Counted from the stretch's first letter, positions 17,695 to 27,594 are shown. The stretch: DNA of 36,299 bases from Armatimonadota bacterium (GCA_031400935.1 JANNQV010000027.1:248001-284299), one strand, 5' to 3'. The notes: generated by a model not told the origin, from the letters alone. Translations and numbers: made by a program.

Positions 17695-19368
17695 TTACCG
17701 AATATTAAAATACTTAGCTTCAGGATGATGAACAATAATTGCCGAGGTTGATTGTTCAGGAATTAGCATATATTCTTCGCTTAGTTCGATTCCAATATCT
17801 GCTGGTTTAAGAAGGTCCATGAGCAATTCTTGGTCTTCCAAATTCGGGCAAGCCGGGTAGCCAAATGAATAGCGAGAACCATGGTACTTGGCGCTAAACA
17901 AGAGGCGCATTTCTTCAGGCTCTTGGTCATCTATTCCCATTTCACGGCGGATTTGCTGGTGCCAATATTCTGCTAGAGCTTCTGCGGTCTCAACCCCCAT
18001 ACCATGCACATACAAGTAGTCCTGAAAGTCCCCTTTTTCGAACAACGACCTTTCATACTCGGACACTTCCGAGCCTACGGTGACAACATGGAATCCTACA
18101 ACATCCATTTCACCGGAATCAACAGACCGAAAATAGTCTGTAAGGCACAATCTTCGCTCGGCTGATTGGCGAGGAAACTGAAATCGGCATCGTTCCGATT
18201 TCTGATCCTCTGAATACAAAATGAGGTCATTGCCATAGGATTGGCACCAGAAGTACCCCCACTTCACTTGAGGTTTCATTCGAGAAGCCAACTCGCGTTT
18301 CATGCGCTCAAAAATGGGGTCAACGTTTTCGTTTAGCCATGCTTGAAATTCAGGATTTGATTGCCCGTCTTTCCGCCGAAACTGCCATTGCCCCCGGTAA
18401 AGTGCAATTGGATTTATGTATTTGTAAAGTTCAAAAATATCAAATTTCGTGTGGCGTTTTGCTCCATAAAAAGGGAGCTTTGGTGGGGCCATATCTGTAG
18501 CAATGTTACTTTTCTCGCCATTAAATACATAAAAGGAAGCATTGTTATCCGGCAACCTGTGGGATGTAACACGAGGAACTACATCTTCCTCAACAACGTC
18601 CGGAGAATTTTGCAAGGTTGGAAGTTCTTCCATAAGCCGCAAACCCTCAAAAGCGTCTTGAGCGTAAAAAACGTGCCCATTATAAATGCTTCTCAGGTCT
18701 TGCTCTACATAGCTTCTTGTAAGAGCGGCTCCTCCAAGGAGCACAGGAAAAGTTTCTAAACCCCGCGCATTCAACTCATGCAGATTGTCTCTCATGATGA
18801 GTGTGCTCTTAACCAATAAACCGCTCATTCCAATGGCATCGCACTTGTGTTCAATCGCGTTGTCAATAATTGCTTGAATGGATTGCTTAATGCCAATATT
18901 TACGACCCGATAGCCATTATTCGATAAAATGATATCAACAAGATTTTTGCCAATGTCATGAACATCGCCTGCAACAGTTGCTAGGAGAATGGATCCCTTG
19001 TCCATCCCCTCGGACTTCTCCATAAGAGGTTCAAGAATCTTCACAGAAGCTTTCATGACTTCTGCGCTCTGCAATACAAATGGAAGCTGCATTTTTCCGG
19101 AGCCGAACAGTTCACCAACAGTTTTCATGCCGTTCAGGAGAATGTCGTTGATGATTGCAAGAGGAGAATACGATGCAAGCGCATCATTCAAATCCCGATC
19201 AAGGTTCTTCTTAATGCCATCTACAATATGACGCTTCAGACGGTCTTCGACGGAAAGGCCTTCCATCGGGTCTTCCTTTCCCCCAATTGCTTTGATGTCA
19301 TCGAATCGAGCCATTAGCTCAATCAGGGGATCATACGTGCATTCGCGATTGTCTTCTACTTCGCCCAT
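17695..19368 (-). CDS. metH: Cobalamin-dependent methionine synthase, C-terminal half (cap + B12-binding + AdoMet activation domains)
   Basis: GMKTVGELFGSGKMQLPFVLQSAEVMK, GDVHDIGKN (DxHxxG), SGLL, GGAA and RYSFGYPACP; Hcy- and pterin-binding domains absent. Confidence 0.92.
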   Translation of the reverse strand: MGEVEDNRECTYDPLIELMARFDDIKAIGGKEDPMEGLSVEDRLKRHIVDGIKKNLDRDLNDALASYSPLAIINDILLNGMKTVGELFGSGKMQLPFVLQSAEVMKASVKILEPLMEKSEGMDKGSILLATVAGDVHDIGKNLVDIILSNNGYRVVNIGIKQSIQAIIDNAIEHKCDAIGMSGLLVKSTLIMRDNLHELNARGLETFPVLLGGAALTRSYVEQDLRSIYNGHVFYAQDAFEGLRLMEELPTLQNSPDVVEEDVVPRVTSHRLPDNNASFYVFNGEKSNIATDMAPPKLPFYGAKRHTKFDIFELYKYINPIALYRGQWQFRRKDGQSNPEFQAWLNENVDPIFERMKRELASRMKPQVKWGYFWCQSYGNDLILYSEDQKSERCRFQFPRQSAERRLCLTDYFRSVDSGEMDVVGFHVVTVGSEVSEYERSLFEKGDFQDYLYVHGMGVETAEALAEYWHQQIRREMGIDDQEPEEMRLLFSAKYHGSRYSFGYPACPNLEDQELLMDLLKPADIGIELSEEYMLIPEQSTSAIIVHHPEAKYFNIR

Positions 19369-19718
19369 GGGTTCAAACGAACTTGAAGGTACCTTTTCGG
19401 TGGTTTGAATTGCCGAAACCAGCTTGACCTATCGCTGAAATAACATCGTTTTCGTTATCTCGCTTTCCAAACCGGAACTTTCAGGCGTTGTCAAAAGCAT
19501 TTTCCTAACAAAATTCGGATAATGGATATGCGTGACTGCCCAGGTCGCAATGCTCTCCCCTTTAGTGGCCTTGGGCGTCACACATTTCATGTTTGGGTTT
19601 GTTCGGGTTTAGTATTCGAGAGGGAAATCTCTGACATGGTCGGACGCACTCCCAAACACACTCCAAGAAACCGACAGAGAAGGGAAATTGCCGCTTCGCG
19701 TAGAGTAGTCTCGACTAT

Positions 19719-22325
19719 ATGCACCACCGAGTCGTTGATTTGCGCTGCGAGTATTTAGAAATTCCGCTTGCAATTGAGAATCCTCAACCACGTTTGAGTT
19801 GGAAAATCGTCAGCGACCTTCCAAATTGCAAACAAGAGGCGTACCAAATCCAGGTTGCTTCTAAGACAGAATTGCTCGATGTCGGAAATTCGAATCTCTG
19901 GGATTCCGGTGAAGTTTCGGGCAATCAAAGCCTAGACGTCAGATATGAAGGCGAATTCCTTGAAACGACGGATCAGGCGTTTTGGCGTGTCCGGACGAGG
20001 GCCCTTGGCGAATGGTCATCTTTTAGTGAAACGGCACTTTTCGAATGTGCGATTGTTGATCGAAACCGATGGCATTCGCAGTGGATCAGCTTCCCGTTTG
20101 CCGGTGACTGGACGATTTCGCAGCCGGCACAGTTTGTCCGCAAAGTGTTCGATTTGCCTCCAAACAGAATCTACCGCGCGAGGCTCCACGTTTCGGCCCA
20201 GGGCTTAATCAAGCCATTCTTGAATGGTGAATGGGCGACAGACGCTGAATTTTTGCCCGGCTGGACTGATTACAACCGACGAATTCCATACAAGACGTTT
20301 GACGTCACAAATTTGCTGAAACTGGGCCGAAATGTAATCGGCGGATTGCTAGGCGACGGCTGGCATTGCGGGCAAGTCTGTTGGTTTGGGAGAAATCAAT
20401 ACGGAAGCTATCCGATGGGGCTGCTCCGCTTGAGCATCGAATTCGAGGATCGTGAGCCCATGCTGATCGGTTCTGATGCAACATGGAAGGCCGCCGAATG
20501 CGCCATTCGGTCAAACGACTTGATTCAGGGGGAAAGATTTGATGGAGCTCTTCTTTGGTCTGAAGCACGAAATTCGGACTTTGATGACACGGAATGGCAA
20601 TACGCCCGAGCAGCCTCCCTGGGCCAAGTCCGACTGACTTCTAGGAGCTCACTGCCTTGTCGAGTAACCGAAAAACTCGAGACAATTGAAGTAATCGAAG
20701 TTTCAAAGACAGTAAGGATTTATGATTTTGGCCAGAACCACACTGGGAATCTAGAATTGTCAACTGGAGATAGCAGCATTTCAGAACTGACTATTCGGCA
20801 TGCCGAAATCCTTGATTCGAACGGCGAAATGTACATCGAAAACCTGCGTGCCGCTAAGGCAACTGACTCGGTTTCGAATCTAGGTTCAAACCAGCGTTGG
20901 AACCCGCAATTTACATTTCATGGCTATCGCTTTGCCGAAATTGAATCCAAAAACCCCGAAGAGTTTCCAGATTCGGTCTCTTCACGAGTCATTCACTCGG
21001 ATATGAAGCGAACAGGTTGGTTTTCTTGCAGTGATCCTCTATTGAATCGTCTCTTCGAGAACATTGTTTGGGGTCTTCGGAGCAATTTCCTCGATGTGCC
21101 AACGGATTGCCCGCAACGCGATGAGCGCCTCGGTTGGACTGGTGACGCTCAAGTATTTGCTTCAACTGCAGGTTACATTTACGACGTAGCTGCTTTCTTT
21201 GAAAATTGGATGGAAGATGTAAATTCGGCTACGTCGGACTCCGGAATTTATCCAAACATTGCACCAAATTTATTGGAGCTAGGCCAAGGTGCGCCAGGTT
21301 GGGCCGATGCAGGCGTATTGGTTCCTTTTTCACTCTTTCAAACGTACGGCAATACGGAGCACCTTTCCAATTGCCTGCAGACAATGGAGCGATATGTTCA
21401 AACAATATTGAAGGCAAATCCAGACGGGCTTTGGAAAAACATGCGAAGCCATGATTTTGGAGACTGGCTCAGCATTGGGGAAGAAACAGACAAGACCCTG
21501 ATCGCTACTGCGTTTCTTATCAATAATTTGCGGCTACTATCTCTTCGAGCCGGAATAAACCTGCTTCGCGAATGGCGAGAGTCTATGGAGGCATTTGAAC
21601 GAGAATTTATGGAAGGCGGGCGTTTGAAGCATGAAACTCAAACAGGATACGCGCTCATCCTTGCGTTTCGGATCGGGAAGCCAAAAACCTGGCCTAGTAT
21701 GGCCCACCGGTTGGCAAAAGTTGTCGAAGAAAATGGTTGTCAAATTGCGACAGGCTTTTTGGGAGTTAGCCACCTTCTTCCAGTTTTGGCTGAGTATGGG
21801 TATTTCGATCTTTGCTACAAATTGCTGATGAGAAAGGAGTTTCCAAGCTGGCTATATCCGGTAACACAAGGCGCGACAACTATTTGGGAACGATGGGATG
21901 GCTGGACCGAGGAAAACGGTTTTCAGGACCCTGGGATGAATTCGTTCAACCACTATGCCTATGGTTCGGTTGGCGAGTGGATGTTCGAGCACATTGGAGG
22001 CATTCAACCATTGATGGATCATCCCGGATTCAGCCATTTCAGGCTTGCCCCGACTCCCGGAAGAGATTTAGCCTGGGCCAAAGTTAGATTCGATTCGAGG
22101 TACGGCACGATCCGTTCTGATTGGAATTACGGCCTGGATGGATTCAGTTGGGAAATCGAAATTCCGCCAAATTCATCAGCAGAAGTTCTGCTTCCTTCTT
22201 TGGAAACTAAGTCAACTTGGCTAATGGATAGGAATACATTCCGGACAAAAGTGTCGAGCTTTGGCGGCGCAAAGAGGAGTTCAGTTCTCTTGAATAGCGG
22301 AATCTTCCGACTTTCGACCCGATGA
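19719..22325 (+). CDS. Alpha-L-rhamnosidase, GH78
   Basis: DLRCEY, PRLSW, DFGQN, FTFHGYR, PTDCPQRDERLGWTGD, GATTIWERW and NSFNHYAYG. Confidence 0.93.
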   Translation: MHHRVVDLRCEYLEIPLAIENPQPRLSWKIVSDLPNCKQEAYQIQVASKTELLDVGNSNLWDSGEVSGNQSLDVRYEGEFLETTDQAFWRVRTRALGEWSSFSETALFECAIVDRNRWHSQWISFPFAGDWTISQPAQFVRKVFDLPPNRIYRARLHVSAQGLIKPFLNGEWATDAEFLPGWTDYNRRIPYKTFDVTNLLKLGRNVIGGLLGDGWHCGQVCWFGRNQYGSYPMGLLRLSIEFEDREPMLIGSDATWKAAECAIRSNDLIQGERFDGALLWSEARNSDFDDTEWQYARAASLGQVRLTSRSSLPCRVTEKLETIEVIEVSKTVRIYDFGQNHTGNLELSTGDSSISELTIRHAEILDSNGEMYIENLRAAKATDSVSNLGSNQRWNPQFTFHGYRFAEIESKNPEEFPDSVSSRVIHSDMKRTGWFSCSDPLLNRLFENIVWGLRSNFLDVPTDCPQRDERLGWTGDAQVFASTAGYIYDVAAFFENWMEDVNSATSDSGIYPNIAPNLLELGQGAPGWADAGVLVPFSLFQTYGNTEHLSNCLQTMERYVQTILKANPDGLWKNMRSHDFGDWLSIGEETDKTLIATAFLINNLRLLSLRAGINLLREWRESMEAFEREFMEGGRLKHETQTGYALILAFRIGKPKTWPSMAHRLAKVVEENGCQIATGFLGVSHLLPVLAEYGYFDLCYKLLMRKEFPSWLYPVTQGATTIWERWDGWTEENGFQDPGMNSFNHYAYGSVGEWMFEHIGGIQPLMDHPGFSHFRLAPTPGRDLAWAKVRFDSRYGTIRSDWNYGLDGFSWEIEIPPNSSAEVLLPSLETKSTWLMDRNTFRTKVSSFGGAKRSSVLLNSGIFRLSTR

Positions 22326-22362
22326 CCAAACAACTTACGGAGTTAGTTGCGTCTAAGCATTC

Positions 22363-23052
22363 GTGAGGGCTCGCGCATTTACTTTGATTGAAATTTTGGT
22401 GGTTATCGCTATCGTGGCGGTGCTTGCCGCGATTTTGCTGCCAGTTCTTACCCAAGCGAAGGAAGCATCGTTACGAACAGCCTGTACTTCAAACCTTAAG
22501 CAGCTCGGAATTGGAATGATCATGTACGTTGACGATTACGACTCACGATTTCCTGATCGTTGTGATCTCAAAGGCGCACTCCTGGGCGGTTACCGTCCTT
22601 GGACAACATGGCCGCCTAGCGATCCTCGGGCTGGTTGGGCGTACGTTCTCATTCAGCCGTATTTAGGCAATGAGCCGGCATATTGCCCTTCGAGCCGAGC
22701 TAAATTCGCGAAAGTTGTTCAGGTTGAGCAAACCACTTCTTTGGCTGCGCCACTTTCGATTACGAACTATTGGATGTGGCGATTCGACCGAATGGAGTAT
22801 CCAGCACCGCTCGATAATTTTTGGGGCAAGACATACGAGCAAGCCATTCACGATTTGGTTTTGGCAAATAATCCTCAGGCTGGAATTCCGCAAGGAATTG
22901 CTGATTTGGAGCTAGCCGTTGACGTCTATTTCCCGAAGACCATTCCGTCTGTTCCCGCGGAACTGAAAGGCAAATCAGTTCATGCCGGGGGTCGAAATCG
23001 GCTATTTGTTGATAGTCATGTGAAGTGGCTTCGCGACCCAAGGACGAATTGA
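22363..23052 (+). CDS. Prepilin-type N-terminal cleavage/methylation domain protein (DUF1559-like)
   Basis: [38 protein letters not shown] and C-terminal [15 protein letters not shown]. Confidence 0.9.
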   Translation: MRARAFTLIEILVVIAIVAVLAAILLPVLTQAKEASLRTACTSNLKQLGIGMIMYVDDYDSRFPDRCDLKGALLGGYRPWTTWPPSDPRAGWAYVLIQPYLGNEPAYCPSSRAKFAKVVQVEQTTSLAAPLSITNYWMWRFDRMEYPAPLDNFWGKTYEQAIHDLVLANNPQAGIPQGIADLELAVDVYFPKTIPSVPAELKGKSVHAGGRNRLFVDSHVKWLRDPRTN

Positions 23053-23065
23053 GGCTCATGAGTAC

Positions 23066-23183
23066 AGGGTGCAGGGTATGGGGTGGTAATCGGTTAAGGG
23101 CACTTTGCACATTGACTTGACTTTATTTCACCGTCCCTAAACCCCAAACCCTAAACCCTTGCAATAACGACCAACAACCAACG
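23066..23183. repeat. AGGGT heptamer arm with inverted CCCTAAA array, followed by AACAACC-type heptamers
   Basis: AGGGTGC AGGGTAT GGGGT (23066-23084); CCCTAAA CCCCAAA CCCTAAA CCCT (23135-23159); AACGACC AACAACC AACG (23166-23183). Confidence 0.85.
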
Positions 23184-23238
23184 CCGAGTCCATTGCAGGA
23201 AGTCTGTGGACAGTGGCGAATACTACTAGTCAATCCCT

Positions 23239-24831
23239 ATGAAGCGTCGCGAATTTCTCAAAGCCGGAATGGTTGCCGGTGCAACAGTCTTAGCTGGACC
23301 ATCATTTGCTCGCACTGAAACGCAGTCCGTTAAGCCATTTGAACTCGATGAGGTGACAATTGCAGACCTTCAAGAGTCAATGGAATCAAGTCGAGAATCA
23401 GCTGCGTCAATCACTGAAAAGTATCTAGATCGAATTCGAGAAATTGACCAAAGTGGCCCAAAGATAAATTCCGTTATTGAAGTCAATCCCGAAGCAATTG
23501 CTATCGCAAAGTCTCTCGACAAAGAGAGGGAAGCAGGTCATGTTAGAGGACCGTTGCACGGAATTCCAATTCTGATTAAAGACAACATCGAGACTGGCGA
23601 CCGAATGATGACCACCGCCGGATCGCTCGCCTTTCTGAACAACTTTGCAAAGAAAGATGCTCACATTGTTGAAAGGCTGAGAAAGGCTGGGGCAGTAATT
23701 CTTGGCAAAACCAATCTAAGCGAATGGGCGAATTTCCGTTCGACACACTCTTCGAGCGGATGGAGCGGCCGAGGCGGACAAACAAAGAATCCTTATGTTC
23801 TCGACCGAAATCCATGCGGCAGTAGCTCTGGTTCTGGTGCCGCTGCGGCGGCAAACCTGTGCGCTATTGCCGTCGGAACAGAAACCGATGGCTCAATTGT
23901 TTGCCCGGCAACAACGAACGGTTTAGTTGGAATCAAACCGACTCTGGGAATGGTTTCTCGTTCGGGGATCATTCCTTTGGCGCATAGCCAAGATACGGCT
24001 GGGCCAATGACTCGAACCGTTCGAGACGCGGCCATTCTGCTCAATGTTCTTGCCGGGAGAGACAATACAGATCCAGCAAGCAAAGCATTCAACGATTTGG
24101 GAGATCTTACGAAATCCCTGGATTCAAAGGGAATGAAAGGTGCGAGAATCGGCATTGCTCGCAAGTTTTTCGGCTTCCATGACAAGGTTGACAATGTCAT
24201 GCACGACGCAATCCTCGCCATCAAGAAGCTTGGGGCGGTTATCGTTGACCCGGCCGATCTGCCTTCTCACGGCCAATACGATGATACTGAACTTGAAGTT
24301 CTACTTTATGAATTCAAAGCCGACTTGAATGCGTATCTCAAGGCAAGAAATCTCCCTTACAAGAGCCTTGCAGATTTGATCAAATTCAACGTCGCCAACA
24401 AATCGGAAGAGATGCCATATTTTGGACAAGAGCTGTTCTTGATGGCGCAAGAAAAAGGGCCGCTAAGCGAGAAGAAATATCGAGATGCCCTTGCAAAGAA
24501 CCATCGGCTTTCCAGAAATGAAGGTATTGACGCAACGATGGACAAGCATCGGCTCGATGCAATTATTGCCCCAACGGGCGGCCCTGCTTGGACGACGGAC
24601 TTGATCAACGGCGACCACTTTTCAGGTGGAAGTTCGACGCCTTCGGCGGTTTCGGGCTATCCGGCGATTACAGTTCCAGCAGGATTTGTACGCGGACTTC
24701 CAGTTGGGATCACGTTATTTGGCAGAGCTTGGAGCGAGCCAACGTTGATCAAGTTGGCTTATGCGTTTGAGCAAGAGACAAGGGTCCGGCAGAAGCCGAA
24801 GTTTTTGAGCACTGCTGAGCCGAGAATGTAA
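23239..24831 (+). CDS. Amidase signature family enzyme with Tat signal peptide
   Basis: MKRREFLK Tat motif; GPLHGIPILIKDN, GKTNLSEW, GSSSGS and GTETDGSI (Ser-cisSer-Lys triad). Confidence 0.93.
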   Translation: MKRREFLKAGMVAGATVLAGPSFARTETQSVKPFELDEVTIADLQESMESSRESAASITEKYLDRIREIDQSGPKINSVIEVNPEAIAIAKSLDKEREAGHVRGPLHGIPILIKDNIETGDRMMTTAGSLAFLNNFAKKDAHIVERLRKAGAVILGKTNLSEWANFRSTHSSSGWSGRGGQTKNPYVLDRNPCGSSSGSGAAAAANLCAIAVGTETDGSIVCPATTNGLVGIKPTLGMVSRSGIIPLAHSQDTAGPMTRTVRDAAILLNVLAGRDNTDPASKAFNDLGDLTKSLDSKGMKGARIGIARKFFGFHDKVDNVMHDAILAIKKLGAVIVDPADLPSHGQYDDTELEVLLYEFKADLNAYLKARNLPYKSLADLIKFNVANKSEEMPYFGQELFLMAQEKGPLSEKKYRDALAKNHRLSRNEGIDATMDKHRLDAIIAPTGGPAWTTDLINGDHFSGGSSTPSAVSGYPAITVPAGFVRGLPVGITLFGRAWSEPTLIKLAYAFEQETRVRQKPKFLSTAEPRM

Positions 24832-24847
24832 ACGAAGGGAAAGCCAT

Positions 24848-24908
24848 TGGAGCGCGGAGCTTTGGATGTTCACTTCGCTAGTTTTGCATTAGAGTTGCTC
24901 CGCGCTCC
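24848..24908. repeat. REP-like palindromic element
   Basis: GGAGCGCGGAGC (24849-24860) and GCTCCGCGCTCC (24897-24908) form a perfect 12-bp inverted repeat. Confidence 0.8.
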
Positions 24909-24948
24909 TTGCTAAACTCCGCACTCAATTGCCGGATACAATCAATTG

Positions 24949-25938
24949 ATGATTCGAGTTGGACTAATTGGTTGTGGATTCATGGGCAGAATGCACTGCA
25001 ACGTGTATTCGACTTTGCCAAATGCACATCTTGTCGCAGTGGCTGACCGTAAGCCGGAAAGGGCTGAGAAATATGGGGCAGAATTTGGAGTTCCGGCTTG
25101 TAATTCTATTGCCGAGATAATTGCAAATCACGATCTTGACGCCATAGATGTTTGCCTTCCGACGTACCTTCATTGCGAAGCCACAATAGAAGCTGCGAGG
25201 GCAGGAAAGCACGTGCTTTGCGAAAAGCCAATGGCACTTTCGTTGAACGATTGCGATCAAATGATCTCAGAATGCGAAAAGGCTGGCGTAAAGTTGATGA
25301 TCGGGCACTGCATTCGCTTTTGGCCGGAATATGCATACTTGCAAGAGCTTGTATATTCCAAGAGGCTGGGGGAATTGACTTCAATCAATTTGACCCGGTA
25401 CGGCGAATTTCCAACCTGGTCTGCGGACAATTGGCTGGCAGATGAGTCGCTTGCCGGTGGCGGCGTTCTGGACATGCACATTCATGACACCGATTTTGCT
25501 TTGTATCTTCTTGGAGAACCAAAATCATCGCATTCGGCAGGCACAATTGACTCCCGCGGACCAAGCCAGGTTTACACGAATTTTGTATATCCGAACTGCG
25601 TCGCTCATTTGCAAGGCGGTTGGAATTTGCCAAAGCACACACCGTTCAAGATGGCGTTTCGTGCAATTTTTGAACGTGGCGCAGCGATTATGGATGCATG
25701 CCCCCTAACTATTTATGAAGATGGCAAGGAGCCGATCATTCCCGAATTTCCAAAAATGGCAACGCGAGGCGGTGGCAATATCTCAGATTTGGGTGGCTAT
25801 TATCACGAAATTAAGTACTTTGTGGATTGCCTTGAAAAAGGAAGGGAATTCGAAACTGTGACTCCGCAAACTTCGCGATTGTCGTTAAAGGCGACACTGG
25901 AGGAGATTGAGGGGATTCGTTCTACGACTCCCGCATAA
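24949..25938 (+). CDS. Gfo/Idh/MocA family oxidoreductase
   Basis: GLIGCGFMG, GKHVLCEKPM and GGGVLDMHIHD; TACAAT 6 nt before ATG 24949. Confidence 0.92.
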   Translation: MIRVGLIGCGFMGRMHCNVYSTLPNAHLVAVADRKPERAEKYGAEFGVPACNSIAEIIANHDLDAIDVCLPTYLHCEATIEAARAGKHVLCEKPMALSLNDCDQMISECEKAGVKLMIGHCIRFWPEYAYLQELVYSKRLGELTSINLTRYGEFPTWSADNWLADESLAGGGVLDMHIHDTDFALYLLGEPKSSHSAGTIDSRGPSQVYTNFVYPNCVAHLQGGWNLPKHTPFKMAFRAIFERGAAIMDACPLTIYEDGKEPIIPEFPKMATRGGGNISDLGGYYHEIKYFVDCLEKGREFETVTPQTSRLSLKATLEEIEGIRSTTPA

Positions 25939-27550
25939 ACGGATACCGATAGTCTGTCGGCGGTTCCGAAGTCTCCTTTATTGTCCGGGCACTGAGCCAT
26001 CTGTAAAGATTTAAGTTCGAGCCGGCCTTGTCATTAGTTCCGCTGGCCCTTCCTCCGCCAAACGGCTGCTGGCCCACTACCGCACCCGTCGGCTTGTCGT
26101 TGATATAGAAATTTCCGGCGGCATGTCGAAGGACAATTGCAGCGCGATCAACGGCACTGCGATCTTCTGAAAAAATGGCACCCGTGAGCGCATAAGGCGA
26201 AGTGCTATCAACTAATTCAAGCGTTTGCTCAAATTTCGATTCGTCGTAAACGTGCATCGAAAGCACAGGACCAAAAATCTCCTCGCACATCGTTCGATAA
26301 AGGGGATCGGATGTTTCAATTACGGTTGGTTCGATGAAGTAGCCAACCGATTTGTTGTATCCGCCACCAACCAATATATCTTTGCCATCGGTTTTCGCTT
26401 GATCTAAATACCCAGCGATCTTGTCAAAACTTCGCTCGTCAATGACAGCGTTGACAAAATTGGAGAAATCCTCGACAGAGCCCATTTTGAAGCTATTCAC
26501 GCCTTCAACAAGCTTCGACCTAACCGCAGCCGCAAGATTGCTCGGGATGTAGCATCTCGAAGCTGCCGAGCACTTTTGGCCCTGGTATTCAAAGGCTCCA
26601 CGTAAAAGGGCCGTCGAAACAACTGTTGGATCAGCACTTGGATGAGCGAGGACGAAGTTCTTGCCACCAGTTTCTCCAACGATACGCGGATAGCCTTTGT
26701 AGTTCCCCATATTGGCACCGATGGTCTTCCACATCGAATTGAATACGCCCGTGGAACCTGTAAAATGAATTCCTGCGAATTCTGGATGTGCGAAGCAAAC
26801 CGAACCTATCGTTGGGCCATCCACATAAACGAGATTGATGACTCCATCGGGAAGCCCCGCCTCCATGAAAATTCGCATCAATAGTTGAGCGCTAAAAACT
26901 TGTGTGTTAGCTGGCTTCCAAACAACCGTATTGCCGCACATCGCTGGTGCTGTGGGGAGGTTTCCTGCAATGGCAGTGAAGTTAAACGGGGTAACGGCAA
27001 GCACGAATCCTTCGAGCGAGCGGTATTCCATCCGGTTACTTACACCAGGAGTGCTGATCGGCTGCTGCGTATAGATTTCGCTCAAAAAATGAACGTTGAA
27101 TCGCAAAAAATCAATAATCTCGCAAGCACTGTCAATTTCGGCCTGAAAAACGTTTTTGCTCTGCCCAAGCATCGTTGCGGCATTAAGTTGAAATCGGTAC
27201 TTTGTGGCAATTAGGTCGGCCGCTTTGAGGAAAATCGCCGCCCTCTTTTCCCAAGGAGTTTCCTCCCAATTTTTGCGAGCCCTTAGCGCTGCTTCGATAG
27301 CCTGGGTGACGTGCGAGGCATCTCCGGCGTGAAAATGGCCAAGAACATGTGCGTGTTCGTGTGGTGGGTGCATTGCCGAGAGCTTCCCTATTCGCACTTC
27401 TTTGCCACCGACATACATTGGAGCTTCGATTTCAAAAGCTTTGTGGGCAAAAAGCGCCTGTTTTAGGGCCTGTCTTTCAGGGCTTCCCGGGGCATAGGAA
27501 AGCACAGGCTCATTTGTAGGAATTGGATAGGAGAAATCTCCGTTGCTCAT
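25922..27550 (-). CDS. pruA: L-glutamate gamma-semialdehyde (P5C) dehydrogenase
   Basis: NEPVLSYAPGS, PFNFTAI, FTGST, GETGGKN, FEYQGQKCSA, EEIFGP and NDKPTGAVVGQQPFGG. Confidence 0.95.
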   Translation of the reverse strand: MSNGDFSYPIPTNEPVLSYAPGSPERQALKQALFAHKAFEIEAPMYVGGKEVRIGKLSAMHPPHEHAHVLGHFHAGDASHVTQAIEAALRARKNWEETPWEKRAAIFLKAADLIATKYRFQLNAATMLGQSKNVFQAEIDSACEIIDFLRFNVHFLSEIYTQQPISTPGVSNRMEYRSLEGFVLAVTPFNFTAIAGNLPTAPAMCGNTVVWKPANTQVFSAQLLMRIFMEAGLPDGVINLVYVDGPTIGSVCFAHPEFAGIHFTGSTGVFNSMWKTIGANMGNYKGYPRIVGETGGKNFVLAHPSADPTVVSTALLRGAFEYQGQKCSAASRCYIPSNLAAAVRSKLVEGVNSFKMGSVEDFSNFVNAVIDERSFDKIAGYLDQAKTDGKDILVGGGYNKSVGYFIEPTVIETSDPLYRTMCEEIFGPVLSMHVYDESKFEQTLELVDSTSPYALTGAIFSEDRSAVDRAAIVLRHAAGNFYINDKPTGAVVGQQPFGGGRASGTNDKAGSNLNLYRWLSARTIKETSEPPTDYRYPFMRES

Positions 27551-27594
27551 GGAGAAAGATTGTACCGAGGAAGTTGCTCAGTTCGGAACACAAC

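Noticed and set aside
13275..19609. Shared 12-mer TTTGTTCGGGTT in two divergent promoter regions (13275-13286 and 19598-19609) as a regulator site
   Set aside because: One low-complexity 12-mer match among a few kb of intergenic DNA is plausible by chance; it is not palindromic, and the genes are functionally unrelated.
19369..19718. Canonical SAM-I or cobalamin riboswitch, or group II intron end, upstream of metH
   Set aside because: Core consensus elements (SAM-I AUC..GAG/GCAACC..GUGC, B12 box, intron domain V) were not found by eye. An Rfam scan is still advisable.
19522..19758. 78-aa ORF in the metH/GH78 gap
   Set aside because: No recognisable motifs, overlaps the GH78 start, and the region is better explained by RNA structure.
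23135..23159. CCCTAAA units as a true telomere or eukaryotic contamination
   Set aside because: Only 3-4 degenerate units, embedded between clearly bacterial genes and paired with an inverted arm.
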